DNA of 60,379 nt, filler included, from Jimgerdemannia flammicorona (lineage: Eukaryota), in assembly GCA_003990765.1 (NCBI GenBank). It is 3 parts of 3 records of this genome, joined end to end, with 100 filler letters (N's around TTAATTAATTAA, not from the genome) between each part and the next. Parts side by side here need not be neighbours in the genome. Positions count along the whole stretch, not along the records: positions 1 to 20,063 come from RBNJ01001771.1; positions 20,164 to 40,225 come from RBNJ01001772.1; 1 more part is not named here. One strand, 5' to 3'. This document shows, piece by piece, positions 13,278 through 23,963 of this stretch (the stretch's first letter is position 1; every line of letters begins with the position of its first letter). The notes under the pieces were generated by a model, which was given only the letters and a program-made list of their open reading frames with translations, did no database searches and was not told where the DNA came from. The position numbers and the translations under genes were made by a program.

Positions 13278-13847
13278 CTTATTCGCCCATCTGATGTGAC
13301 CTTCCTTTGGTCACGCTTTCTGGCAAAATGCATGACCTGTACTGTAAGCAGAGTATGTGCTGGTCACATGAGGAAATCCTGATTTCAAAGATCTCATCAC
13401 CCGTCTGTGGTTACACAGGGTTAACAGGTCTTGGTCCACTTTTTTTTTTGTCTGGTTGGCGCATTTGTGAGGACTGGCCATCCTTATCTAGGGCAAGGGC
13501 TCCCATTGTCACGGCTGGGGGTTCGAACCTCTCGGAAATAGACTTCTTGTAATCCGAGGCAATTCTTTAGTATCAATATCTGTCATGTGGATGGACTTAA
13601 ACTGGTTTCGACATTGTTGGCTTTCCTAAGTTTCACATGAAGCGTCCGTCATCATCCAGCGGAGATGACACAGATAGCATGAAATGGAGTTGTTCAAATG
13701 TGTTTTGCTGTACTGTACTAGATTGTTCTGTTGCTCGGGTATCTTCTTGTTAGTTATCCATAGTATTCCTTTTTTTGCAATGTTTGGTATTATATGTTTC
13801 CAGATAAAAATATGTGGTGTCCTTCTGCTTGCTGTGTGCTCCTAAGC

Positions 13848-16800
13848 TTAGAGCTGTAGTTCCTTCCTTTGCTGGGGGGTGAGTGTTTCCATGTAGTCCT
13901 GGAGGGCTTCGCGTGCATTCTTCAGGGCTTCTTCTTTTTCCCAGGTGGCATCATGGGTGGGGTAACCCTTCCACTTGATCAGGAAAAGGCACTTGAGCAC
14001 TTTGGGATATTTGCGGACCTTGTGGTCAAGTACTTCCTTAATTTCAAATTCCTCATGATCATTGATCCTAATTGGGGGTGGTGGTGGAACTATATGCTCG
14101 AGAAATGGGTTCTCATGGTAGTCCACCAATTGGCTGATATTAAATACTGGGTGTACCTGGATATTGTGGGGAAGTTGCAACTTGTAGTTGACTTCGCTGA
14201 TTTTTTCCATGATCTTGTATGGTCCAATTCTTCTAGCATGGAGTTTCTTGGCTGGTTGTTGTGCCAGGGTATTAGGGTGGAGGTGGTCTGTTCTAAGCAT
14301 GACCTTGTCACCAATATTGTAGGAGGCTTCTCTTTGTTTCAAGTTCGCATACTTGGTCTGGTAGTCTTGTGCTTCTATGAGAGCATCTCTTATCATTCGT
14401 GTAAGGTCAGAAATGGTCTCGGCCAGATCTTGGGCTGCTGGGACTGCTGATTTCATTGTAGTACTTGGGGTCCTTGGGTGTTGACCATGGTTCAGGAAGA
14501 ATGGAGTCTTCTTTGTAGAGGTTTGCTGACTGTTGTTGTAAGCAAACTCAGCATGGGCCAGGTACTTGTCCTAATCATTTTGCTTGTAACAGCAGAAGAT
14601 GCTAAGCATCTGTTTGAGAGTCCTGTTGGTTCGCTCGGTTTGACCATCAGTCTGAGGGTGGTAGGCTGTAGAGAACTTCAGCTTGGTTCCATGGAGGGAG
14701 AAAAATGCCTTCCAGAAGTTGCTTGTGAACTTGGCATCTTGGTCAGATACAATGGTACTAGGCATGCCATGTAGCCTGAATACTTGGTTGAGAAAGATCT
14801 TGGCAATCTCTGGTGCTGTAGCAGTGGTCCTGGTGGGTGCAAAATGGGCTTGTTTACTTAGGCAGTCCACGAATACTATGATGGCATCCCATCCTGCCTT
14901 GGTCTTGGGGAGTTGAACAATGAAGTCCATCGCAATCTGGTCCCAATTGTGACTCAGGATAGGCAAGGGTTGTAGGAGTCCTGCTGGTAGCTTGTTACCA
15001 CTTTTGAACCTTTGGCACATCTTGCATGAGGCCACAAAATCTTTGATATCCTTGGTTATCTTTGGCCAGTAGAACTCTCTTGAGAGGAGGTTGTAGGTCT
15101 TTTCAAAACCAAAGTGTCCTGCTGTCGGAGTATCATGGAGTTCCTGCATGATCTTGAGTCGCAGAGTATTATTGTTGGGTACAACCACTCTGTCATGGTC
15201 CCTGTAGATAAGTCCATCATGGTAGATGAATCTTTTGGCCATTTGCCTCATGGGTTCTGGAATCTCGGCCTCTGGGTTTTGGCAGAATTGAAGGAAGTTT
15301 ATCAGGGAACTGTCTTGCTGGTAGCCATCCTTGATCATTTGGATAAGATCTCCAATTACTTTCACCATGAAGACAAGTTCGTCTTCCATGTACCTGGAGA
15401 AACCATCCACCACATGGTTGGTTTTGCCTGGGATGTACTTGATTTCCATATCAAAGTTGGCAATGACTTCCATCCAGCAGGCTTATCTGTGGGTCAGCAT
15501 GAGCTGTGTGTGAATATACCTCAGTGCATGGTGATCAGTGTAGACCACAAATGGCTGTCCTAGGAGGAAATGGCGCCATTCCTGGAGTGCAGTGACAATA
15601 GCCAGGAGTTCCTTCTCATGGGTGGTATACCGGGTCTCAGCTGGTTTGAGCTTTTGGGAAAGGTAGGCCACTGGGCAGTCTTCTTGGCTGAGCACTGCTC
15701 CAATAGCAATGTCAGAGGCATCTGTGGTCAGAGTGAATGGTCTGGTAGGGTCAGGTGCAATTAGCACTGGGGTCTCAGTAAGGAGTCTCTTGAGATGGTC
15801 TATAGCCAGAGTGCATTTGGGGGTCCATTCAGCTTTGATGTTCACTCCTTTATGGGCCAGGCTGGTCAATGGGACTGTAATAGCAGAGTATCCTTGGATA
15901 AACCTTCAGTAATAACCGGCAATACCCAGAAAGTGCTAGAGTAGCTTGAGGGTAGTAGGGATAGGGATATCCTTAAGGGCTGATACTTTTCGGGGGTCCA
16001 CATTGATACCTTCAGCAAAGATGATGTATCCTAGGTACTCAATCTGGTCTTGGTAGAACTTACACTTGCTCATCTTGGCATAGAGCTGGTGTTCTTGCAG
16101 AAGAGTCAGTACTTGTCTAAGGTGGGTGTAGTATAGCTCTACTGTCTCGCTGTAGATTAGTATATCATCAATATACACAAGAACACAGATGTTGAGGAGT
16201 GGTCCAAAGATGTCATTCATCAGGTACTGGAATGTTGCTGGTGCATTGGTCAATCCAAAAGACATGACTCAGAACTGGTAGTGTCCAAACCATGTTCGGA
16301 AAGCTGTCTTCTCAATGTCCTTCTCATCAATGAGAATCTGGTGGTAGCCATTTCGCAAGTCCAGTAAAGAAAAGGTCTTGGCCTTGAAGATTTGGTGTAG
16401 CAACTCATCAATCTGGGCAAGGCATACTGATTCTTGATAGTGATCTTGTTGAGGGCTCTGTAGTCAATACATATTTGCAGAGAGCCATCCTTCTTCTTGA
16501 CAAATAGAATGGGGGCTCCAAATGGAGAGTGGCTGAGTTCAATGTATCCTTGGGCCAGTAGTTTGGTCAATTCATCCTTGAGGGTCTTGAGCTCGGGTTG
16601 GGCTAGTTGATAGATACTCTTGTATAGGGGTTCAGATCCTGGAATAAGATCAATTCCATGTTGGATTTGGCACTTGGGTGGGAGTCCTTGAGGATCTTGG
16701 AATACATCTTGGAATTCTTCGAACAGTTCTTGAGCTTCTGTTGGAATTGGGCTACTTGTAGCTTCAGTGACTTCTTGTACTGTATAGATGAAGTAGATGT

Positions 16801-17452
16801 TTTCCTTTTTTCGAGAGAGTCTCTTCATTTGAATGGCAGAGATGATTTCGATTCCTTGGTGGTTGGTACCTTCCTGGGGTATCAGGGTGATCTTTCTGCC
16901 TTCATGGGTCAGGTTAACCTCGTTGGTTCTCCAGTTGATGTCTGGGTTGTGCTGGGTCAACCAGGCTTTTCCTAAGATAATGTCTTGTTCTGGGAGATCT
17001 ATAATGCTGAAGTCCAACTTCTCTTGATATTTGCCAATCTTGAGTAAAAGGTCTTTGCAGATCTTAGTCAATGGTGCAGTTTTTCCATCACCAAAGGTAA
17101 TACTTCTTTTCTCAGCAGTGGGTCTGCTTTGGGCTCCAATCCTCTTGGCGGTCTTAGTGCTGATATAGTTTCTAGTAGCACCACTATCAAGCAAGACATT
17201 GACATTTTGTCTGTGAACTTGGCCTGTGAACTTGATGCAACTATCCTCCTTCTTGATGGTATTGAGCTCTTCATCCTCATTATTGTCCCAATTGCTGTCA
17301 GTCTCCTCAAAGTCAGTTTCTCCCCATCCTTCGCAAGGAGGGTTGTCTTGTTTGGGTTCCTCAGTCTGTTGAGCTTGGTGCTTTTTGGATTGAATTTTGA
17401 AAACTTTGGAGAGGCATGCATGGTATTCACCAATATATTCCATGCAGTACAT
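13848..17452 (-). pseudogene. pol: pol: protease, RT, RNase H, integrase, chromodomain
   Basis: [125 protein letters not shown]. Confidence 0.95.
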
Positions 17453-17561
17453 TCGAATGGAATGAGGGCATCATCCACATGGTGCATAACCATCTGCAAT
17501 TCTCTTGTACCAGTTTTCATCATCTTCCTTCATGGTAGTGACCTTTTGACTGGAAGGTTTG

Positions 17562-17980
17562 TTGGTAGATCCAAACCCTTTCTTGCCATGGTCTGTCTGG
17601 GAGAGTTCGGGGACTTCTTCGATGGTGAGATCTTGACGGATTTCTTCAATAATTGCTTGGGCAATTCTTTGGCCTGCTTTGACTTCAAATGATGTATCTC
17701 CAAAATTTCGCAAGATGACATGGATTTCACTAGTAAATTCTTGGTCAACTACTCCTCCTCCTAGCCCAATGTTGAACTCTTTGGCTAGGCTGCTTCACTC
17801 AGCAAGGCAGATGTATGTACCTCTGGGGGCTTGCATTGCAATTCCTGTTCACACTGTGGCATTGGTGCTTGGTGGGATGGTGAGGTCTTGGCTGCTGTAG
17901 AGGTCATATCCAGCATCAGTTGGGTGAGCCTTGGTAGGGATGGTAGCCTTGTACCATATCTTTTGTACTTTGATGACATT
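17562..17980 (-). pseudogene. dut: dUTPase domain between gag and protease
   Basis: All five trimeric dUTPase motifs are recognisable: DAGYDL, (R)SSLA, GVVDQEFTSEI, GQRIAQAI, HGKKGFGST. Two TGA stops at expected Arg codons. Confidence 0.9.
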
Positions 17981-18059
17981 CTCGGGATTCTTCTTTCCTG
18001 GACCTTCTCCAATGACAGTAATGTTCTGGTTACTGGGTTCGCCTGATCTGTTTCTCTTC

Positions 18060-19828
18060 TCAGGGCATTTGACTGAGATATGTCCTGCCTTCTTGCAGAT
18101 GAAGCACAATCCTTTTTCATGGAGCTGCTTCCTCTCATCCTCAGTGGGAGGTCTGGGTCCTCTGGGGTTTCGCTGGTTCCTTTAATCATATCTTTGATCA
18201 TATCTTTGGTCATTCCTTTGATCATTTCTTCTGGTAGGATTTCTCCTATCTTGGGTATCTTTCTTGTGTTCTTGATTTCATGGAGCTTGTACAGCAAGGA
18301 TTTCGCGGGCTCTTCTTTGTACTTGGGCAAAGCATCATGAGTAGTGGGGACATCCTTGGAGAAGACCTTGTTCCTTGATCTTCTGGGTGAGCCAGTCTGG
18401 TAGGGCTGCAAAGAGGTGATTGGCTCTGATACCATTGATGGCCAAATTGTTCTCCTGATAGGTAAGTCCAACAGTTTTGAGATAGGCATCCATTCTGGTG
18501 GCAAAGGTCTCTAGATCCTCTTCGCCATTCTTGTGGAACTTCATCTGGGACAGTTTGTTCCATGTTTCTTGTATGTAAGCCGCATTTTGGAATTTGGTCA
18601 GTAGCAAGGCCTTGAGTCCTGGGCCTGCTTTGTAGTCATCCCACCCTGGTCTATTGTTGCCAGGTACTTGTCTATTGACTTGAGGGCAGTTTTCCCAGGT
18701 TACTGGGTATTGTTTCAAGGTTTGCCAGAATTCGGCTGCTATTCTAGTGAAGAATGTGGATACTGTTTCTACTTGTGCTGCTGATGTGGCAAACAGCTGT
18801 TGAAGGGTGCTGTTCTGGTTGTTGGTGAGCATTCCTATAGGTACTCAGTTGTCATTCCATTGGTTTGCTCAGTAGTCTGTGTCAACTGTATTGATGAAGT
18901 TTTCGATGTTGCTGTTTTTTCCACTAAATGTTGAGATTCACAAAGTCTTGGTTGGTTTGTTCTGTTCAGCAATCTGTCCAACTATCCCTGCTAGTGCTGC
19001 TAGCTGAGTGGTCAGTACTGTAATATTGGCATCTACCATTGTGTTGACTATTGGTGGCAGACCTGTTGGGGTGGATTCTCTTGAAGATTGTTCCACTTGG
19101 TGGGGTTGTGGTGCTGTATGACTTGGGGTTACTTGATTCCCGGATATTAAGTCAAAGAGTCCTGTGAGAGAGGGTAAACCAAATCTCTGTATAGGTGGCT
19201 GAGTTGGTTCTGGGGTCTGATCTTCTTGGCCTGTGGTTCCTTGGTAAATTCCTAGGCCTACTGTTCCTCGTTGGCTATCATCAGACTGGTGACCTGTAGA
19301 TTCTTCATCTGACTCCCTTCCCTGATGAGATAGTGCATCCTCATACTGACTAGGTCCTTCAAAGAGGATATCAGTCTCTGGCTGGGTTGATGGGCCTGCT
19401 CCTTGTTCAGTAGTAGGGGATGGATGGCCTGCTTGCTCGTTCTCGTACCTAGTTATGGCAGAGGCGTAGTATACAACTAGCCTGTAGTAGAGGGAGGTCT
19501 TGGTTGGGGTATGATGATATCTATCAGAGGCAATCTACTCGGTAGCTGCTTCTCTTGCAGCAGGGGGTATAATATAATCTAAAAAATCCTGGGTGGCTGC
19601 ATTAGTAGATTCTGGGGTCCTAGTGGTTCCAATGTGTCCTCGGAGGAGTTCGTAGAACCTACAGCAGCTAACAATATTCCTAAGTCCTGGGTGGTATGTC
19701 CTAAAGACCTGGTATAGATCCTTGTAAGCCTGGTCAATTACAAGCTGGTGGGTCCTTGGGTCTGTAGTTTCCTGATACCACCTGGTCCTAATGGCAAGAG
19801 CTTCTCTGGCTCTGGTTTGAGGATCCAC
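18060..19828 (-). pseudogene. gag: gag with long N-terminal extension and CCHC knuckle
   Basis: Reading through several stops, the frame from ATG 19828 runs into the capsid-like region (ORF 18335-18832). Knuckle CFICKKAGHISVKC at about 18109-18068. Confidence 0.8.
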
Positions 19829-19914
19829 AGTTATTTCTGGGGGTTACTCCTGTCCAAGGTTGGTCTTGTTCCAACTTTAGGAGTATGTTCTTTGGTGCCT
19901 TCTTGGCTGGTAAT

Positions 19915-19926
19915 CCACTGCTACCA
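19915..19926 (-). promoter_or_regulatory. Primer-binding site (initiator tRNA-Met-like)
   Basis: TGGTAGCAGTGG 3 nt after the LTR end; resembles the TGGTAGCAG complement of eukaryotic tRNAiMet 3' ends. Confidence 0.7.
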
Positions 19927-20063
19927 AGTTGTAATAACTCTCACTTCTATCCCTCTCTTATCCTTAGGATAATTAGGGAAGTGGACTATTACTTAGGGAC
20001 TTAGTACACAATGTGTACCAAGAAGCCTTCAGTTGAGGAAGCGCTCACTTAAAGTAGTTGTAG

Positions 20064-20163
20064 NNNNNNNNNNNNNNNNNNNNNNNNNNNNNNNNNNNNN
20101 NNNNNNNTTAATTAATTAANNNNNNNNNNNNNNNNNNNNNNNNNNNNNNNNNNNNNNNNNNNN
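20064..20163. other. Artificial contig linker
   Basis: 44 N + TTAATTAATTAA (stops in all six frames) + 44 N. Confidence 0.97.
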
Positions 20164-20554
20164 AAGACTGCTGCTGGTTGTCCTAGGTCGCTCGGATTTG
20201 TGGAGCTGACAAAACTCTTGTTGAGAAGAGTAAAGAAGGCTTCAATAAGACCTTCTTCGTCTTGACTTACTGGGTGTAGTGCAAGGAGTTTGGTGAATAG
20301 GGTTTCACCTATTTGCTGATTTAACTTGAGTACTTCTTTCTTTGAATGAAGTTTATCCCACTTGTTGCAGGTGTGGAGGTCAAATTGTCCTTGTATGTCA
20401 GGTTCAATTCTCTCCAGATTGTCAGATGGTTCAGGATAAATTCCAGTTCAGAGGTTGGGCTTTATACCAACTTGTAGGAATTCTCAGAGGGGTTTGTAGC
20501 GGGGTGAGGAAGCATCTTGAAGTGGAATTGGATTGTAAACTGCTGCTACCAAGT

Positions 20555-22616
20555 TGTAAGAGGGTTACTTTTTAGGGTAACCATTACGTAGTTCTAGAAG
20601 GGTTTTCTGGAAGTTCTGGATATTCTAGAAGACCGTTTTCTTATGGTTAAGATCAATTTCGTATGGAGTACATCCTCTATGCTTATTGATTTCAAGATCA
20701 GGTTGACGTCTCAACCAAAGTCCTTTTCTGGACTAGTTCTGGATGTTCAGGATTTTCCATGTTTCAGGAAGTTCAAGAAACTAAGACCAGCTTAGTTGAA
20801 TTGACGTATCGCTGCAGACAATACCCAATTAGGAAATTTCGTGACAGGGTTAGGAGTAGGACCTAACAGAGAGCAGATTTACTTAAAAGTGGTTTGTGGG
20901 TTATGGAATAGGTTTATTTGCTATTCATAATATTGCTATACTAGGAGTAGTTGTGTGAAGGGGTATTGTAGGGAAGTGCTCAGGAGTTGTGTTTGGATTG
21001 TTCAAGTCTGAGATTCTGAGGTCTGGGGGAGGGGGTATTTATACTAGTGAGGGGCTATCTAGACTAGGCTAGATATGGATGTAGCACTAAGTGCTTTGCT
21101 GAGTCGGAATACAGTCATATAGTATAAGTGTGATCTGACATGTCAAGGGATCGTCTGACTGCTGAGTCAGTTCACAGTCATGTCGTACAAGGCTAATCTA
21201 AGTATACTATGACTGCTAGGCTATTTATGGGTTTAGGCACTATCTGGGTAGTCTTCGATGACATCACCATCGATTGCATCATCTCTGATGATGTAGTCAT
21301 CTAGGAAGAGTGGTTCACGGATTACTTCTTCTTGTTGGCTGAGGTAGTAATACATTGAGACTTCATCTCCATCCCACAGGATAGCATCGTCTGTTTCGTA
21401 TGCTGGATAAGGTGTTGGTGGGCGAAGGATGGGTGTACTGTCTTTGCTTTCATCGGATTCACTGTCTGCATACCTTCTATAGGTTACGGCACTATGAGTT
21501 ATGGGGTTATAGTATGCTGGCGGCTGTTCATGTTGCTCGTACTCAGGTGGTGGAGTGGTTGGTTCGATCTCGAGGGTTGTCTGAAGGTACAGGTTGTGTT
21601 CTCCAGTCTCTTCATTGTAATTGAAGTAATCAGGGGTGAACGCAGGTTGGTATTTGTGCCAGTGGTCATTGTCCCAATAAGTCTTGTATGCAGTTATGAA
21701 CTGTTGTAGGTTTATCGGCAAGGTTGGCAGAGTGATCAGAGTTGGCAGAGATCCTTGGCTAGAGGTCATGTTGATATCAGAGGGATCATTGTCTTCTGCT
21801 TCATCTTCATCGAAGTGGATTATATCGTAGACGTCCTTCATAGCGTATCTGACTTGAGGCATTTGCAGGATGTGGTCATCAGGGTGCGAGAAGGTTCTGT
21901 CTGTGGTTTTGACATACTCGAGGTACTTGTGGTTGAGTTCTTGTATCATGTCATCGATTTGGCCATAGGACAGGGTAGCAACCATTTCGCTGGTAGTAAC
22001 TCGGAGGCAGGGAATAAAGGTGTTGTACTCATAGAAGAGTTCTCGATGTTTGCGGGCGATGAGCTTCTGGTGTTGAGACATCTGGGTAATATCTGTATCA
22101 TGGTGGTGTTCGACCATGTCTTCTAGGAGGCGGCCGATCTGGTAGTAGCTTGAGATTTGTCCGATTCGGTGGGCCTCGCTAAGCATGTTCAGGGCGTTCC
22201 ATCGGGCTTCCACGAAGTAGAGGGGTACTAGGCTATGGATATTCATGAGGGGCAGAGGGGGTGTGGCTCGGTTGACAATGGTATTCCAAATGTCAGCGTA
22301 GATGTGGTTGTAGATCTCAGTGGTCATGTTTGTGTGTTTGGAAGTTGTGGTTGTTGTTTGTTTTGGTTCTCTAATTCGACACGTCTTGGTGCTCAGTATA
22401 TATGCATTTGGTCCTGATTGGTAAGGTTCCATTTGTGTAGATCTTGTGTTCCGTGACTTTGTATTGACTCAGCTTTGTGCACTGTGACTTCAGTTTGACT
22501 CAGCTTTGTGATCAAGCAGGTGATTTCCAGATTTGTTTGGAGGTCGTGTGTGATTTCAGTGGCTTTGTTCAGAGGGTGATGTATAATTTCGGTGGCTTGG
22601 AGGTTGTGTGCTTACA
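20555..22616 (-). repeat. 2062-bp LTR (TGTAAG...CTTACA) containing an ORF
   Basis: 6-bp inverted termini, PBS adjacent at 20540-20551, TATAAATA at 21036-21043. The second LTR is not in the window. Confidence 0.75.
21233..22432 (-). CDS. LTR-encoded uncharacterised protein (399 aa; likely start MTTEI at 22327, 364 aa)
   Basis: Uninterrupted ORF with a helical-looking N-terminal domain homologous to ORF3 at 12378-13205 and an acidic/Pro/Tyr-rich tail with PPEY and PPAY. TATATA about 70 nt upstream of 22327. Confidence 0.8.
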   Translation of the reverse strand: MEPYQSGPNAYILSTKTCRIREPKQTTTTTSKHTNMTTEIYNHIYADIWNTIVNRATPPLPLMNIHSLVPLYFVEARWNALNMLSEAHRIGQISSYYQIGRLLEDMVEHHHDTDITQMSQHQKLIARKHRELFYEYNTFIPCLRVTTSEMVATLSYGQIDDMIQELNHKYLEYVKTTDRTFSHPDDHILQMPQVRYAMKDVYDIIHFDEDEAEDNDPSDINMTSSQGSLPTLITLPTLPINLQQFITAYKTYWDNDHWHKYQPAFTPDYFNYNEETGEHNLYLQTTLEIEPTTPPPEYEQHEQPPAYYNPITHSAVTYRRYADSESDESKDSTPILRPPTPYPAYETDDAILWDGDEVSMYYYLSQQEEVIREPLFLDDYIIRDDAIDGDVIEDYPDSA

Positions 22617-23500
22617 AGTACTCCTATCTCTCTACCACCTATTTAACATATCCATTATCAGTTACTCCTATCTAGCTACCTTTACCCCCAATATCAACTA
22701 TTGATTCTTCTTAAATACAGAAAGCCAATGACCTGTAAGACTGACTCAAATTGTCAGCACTTATATCAATTACTCATCTTTCAACCCCCCCACCAGTCTC
22801 CTCCAGAGGTCTCCCTATCTCTCTTTAGCTATCAACTCTAGTGGGTAGATCTCTAGCCATATCTCAATCTCTCTCTAAAAGTCACCCATTATCTCACACT
22901 CCCCCAGTCAATGTTCAGATATTTGTACCACTTCTCTCTCCTGCCTAATGTTCAGATACTCCTCACACTCCTAGGTTTCTCCTTCCATCAAGTGATTCAT
23001 CTGATAGTTCAACATTATATTATATTATAGAATTCTCCACCATACTACCCAGAACTTGGAAGGGATCCAACTCACTACCTGCTTACCCCACTATCAAATA
23101 CCATTCCAGTCCCACTCCTCTCTAATCTCCACTCTCTGCCACATCTCAGGCTACAGATCTCTTCTATATTCCTGAAGGCACTCTATGCCATCCTCCAAAC
23201 AGAAGTCATCTACTGATGCCCTGTCTAACAGAAGACAGTCAGTCCTATTTCTACATCTGGGGTCTCTATTCTTTCTCTTTTTCATCACTCTACCATCAGA
23301 GATCAATATGATGTACCCCATCAATCACTCTTTACCAAAATCCCCTATAGTATATCCTCTGACTCCCCTCCAATACTACCAGAGATAGAAGATCTCCAGT
23401 TGCTCTACAGAGGGAGAACTCAGTCCCCCACACCCTCTATATGTATGAGGAGAACTCACTCTCTGTCTCTTAACCTGTTCACTTGCCATACTCTCAAGCA
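22617..23500 (-). mobile_element. Diverged LINE ORF2 C-terminal fragment (target of family 3 insertion)
   Basis: Translates to CLRVW..GDLLSLV..RGFW..EEWDW..PSKFWVVWW, matching the C-terminal ORF2 of the copy at 33200-33700. Confidence 0.7.
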
Positions 23501-23963
23501 GTAAAGATACTTAGATCTTATAAGACTTCTATATATGATATATTACTGTCTCAAAGAATCTAAATATATTTGTAGAAGAAGAAAAATATATACTTATAAG
23601 ACTTAGAAAATAGTACTATATCTATTACTGGTATTAGTTCTAACATAATATCTTCAGTAATATACTTTCAGTCTATCTACTTTTTCTATAAAAGATAACT
23701 ATATTAAAGTTATATATACTAGCTTATTTTATATAAATAAATATAGCCAGCTTTCTCAAGTTTTTGTTTGATATCTTGATATAGTTGTGACTTATAGTAA
23801 AAGAAGATATAAATCTTTATTTTATTTTTTTTTAAAAAAAATTAACAATAATTTAATTTTGAGAATTCTTCTCTATATTGACTATAGATATAGATAGAGT
23901 ATATCAGAATAGATTTATATTAGGTAGAAAGAGATTGTTAGGGTAGAGTAATATATAAAGTAT

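Larger units (their letters stand above)
11545..20063 (-). mobile_element. Ty3/Gypsy family 2 chromovirus: gag-dUTPase-PR-RT-RNaseH-IN-chromodomain plus extra ORF; 5' LTR truncated by contig end
   Basis: Near-identical LTR sequence starts at 11545 and 19930. PBS TGGTAGCAGTGG and PPT AAGGGGGGAAGGA present. All pol motifs present with stops or frameshifts. Confidence 0.95.
20164..22616 (-). mobile_element. LTR retrotransposon family 3 (probably Ty3/Gypsy): 5' LTR, PBS and start of internal region
   Basis: LTR end followed by ACT-TGGTAGCAGCAG, as in family 2. The right boundary at 22616 is a clean junction into a LINE fragment. Confidence 0.8.

Noticed and set aside
19930..22616. Treating 19930-20063 and 20164-22616 as one element
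   Set aside because: Separated by a synthetic linker; the LTR sequences differ and each has its own PBS.
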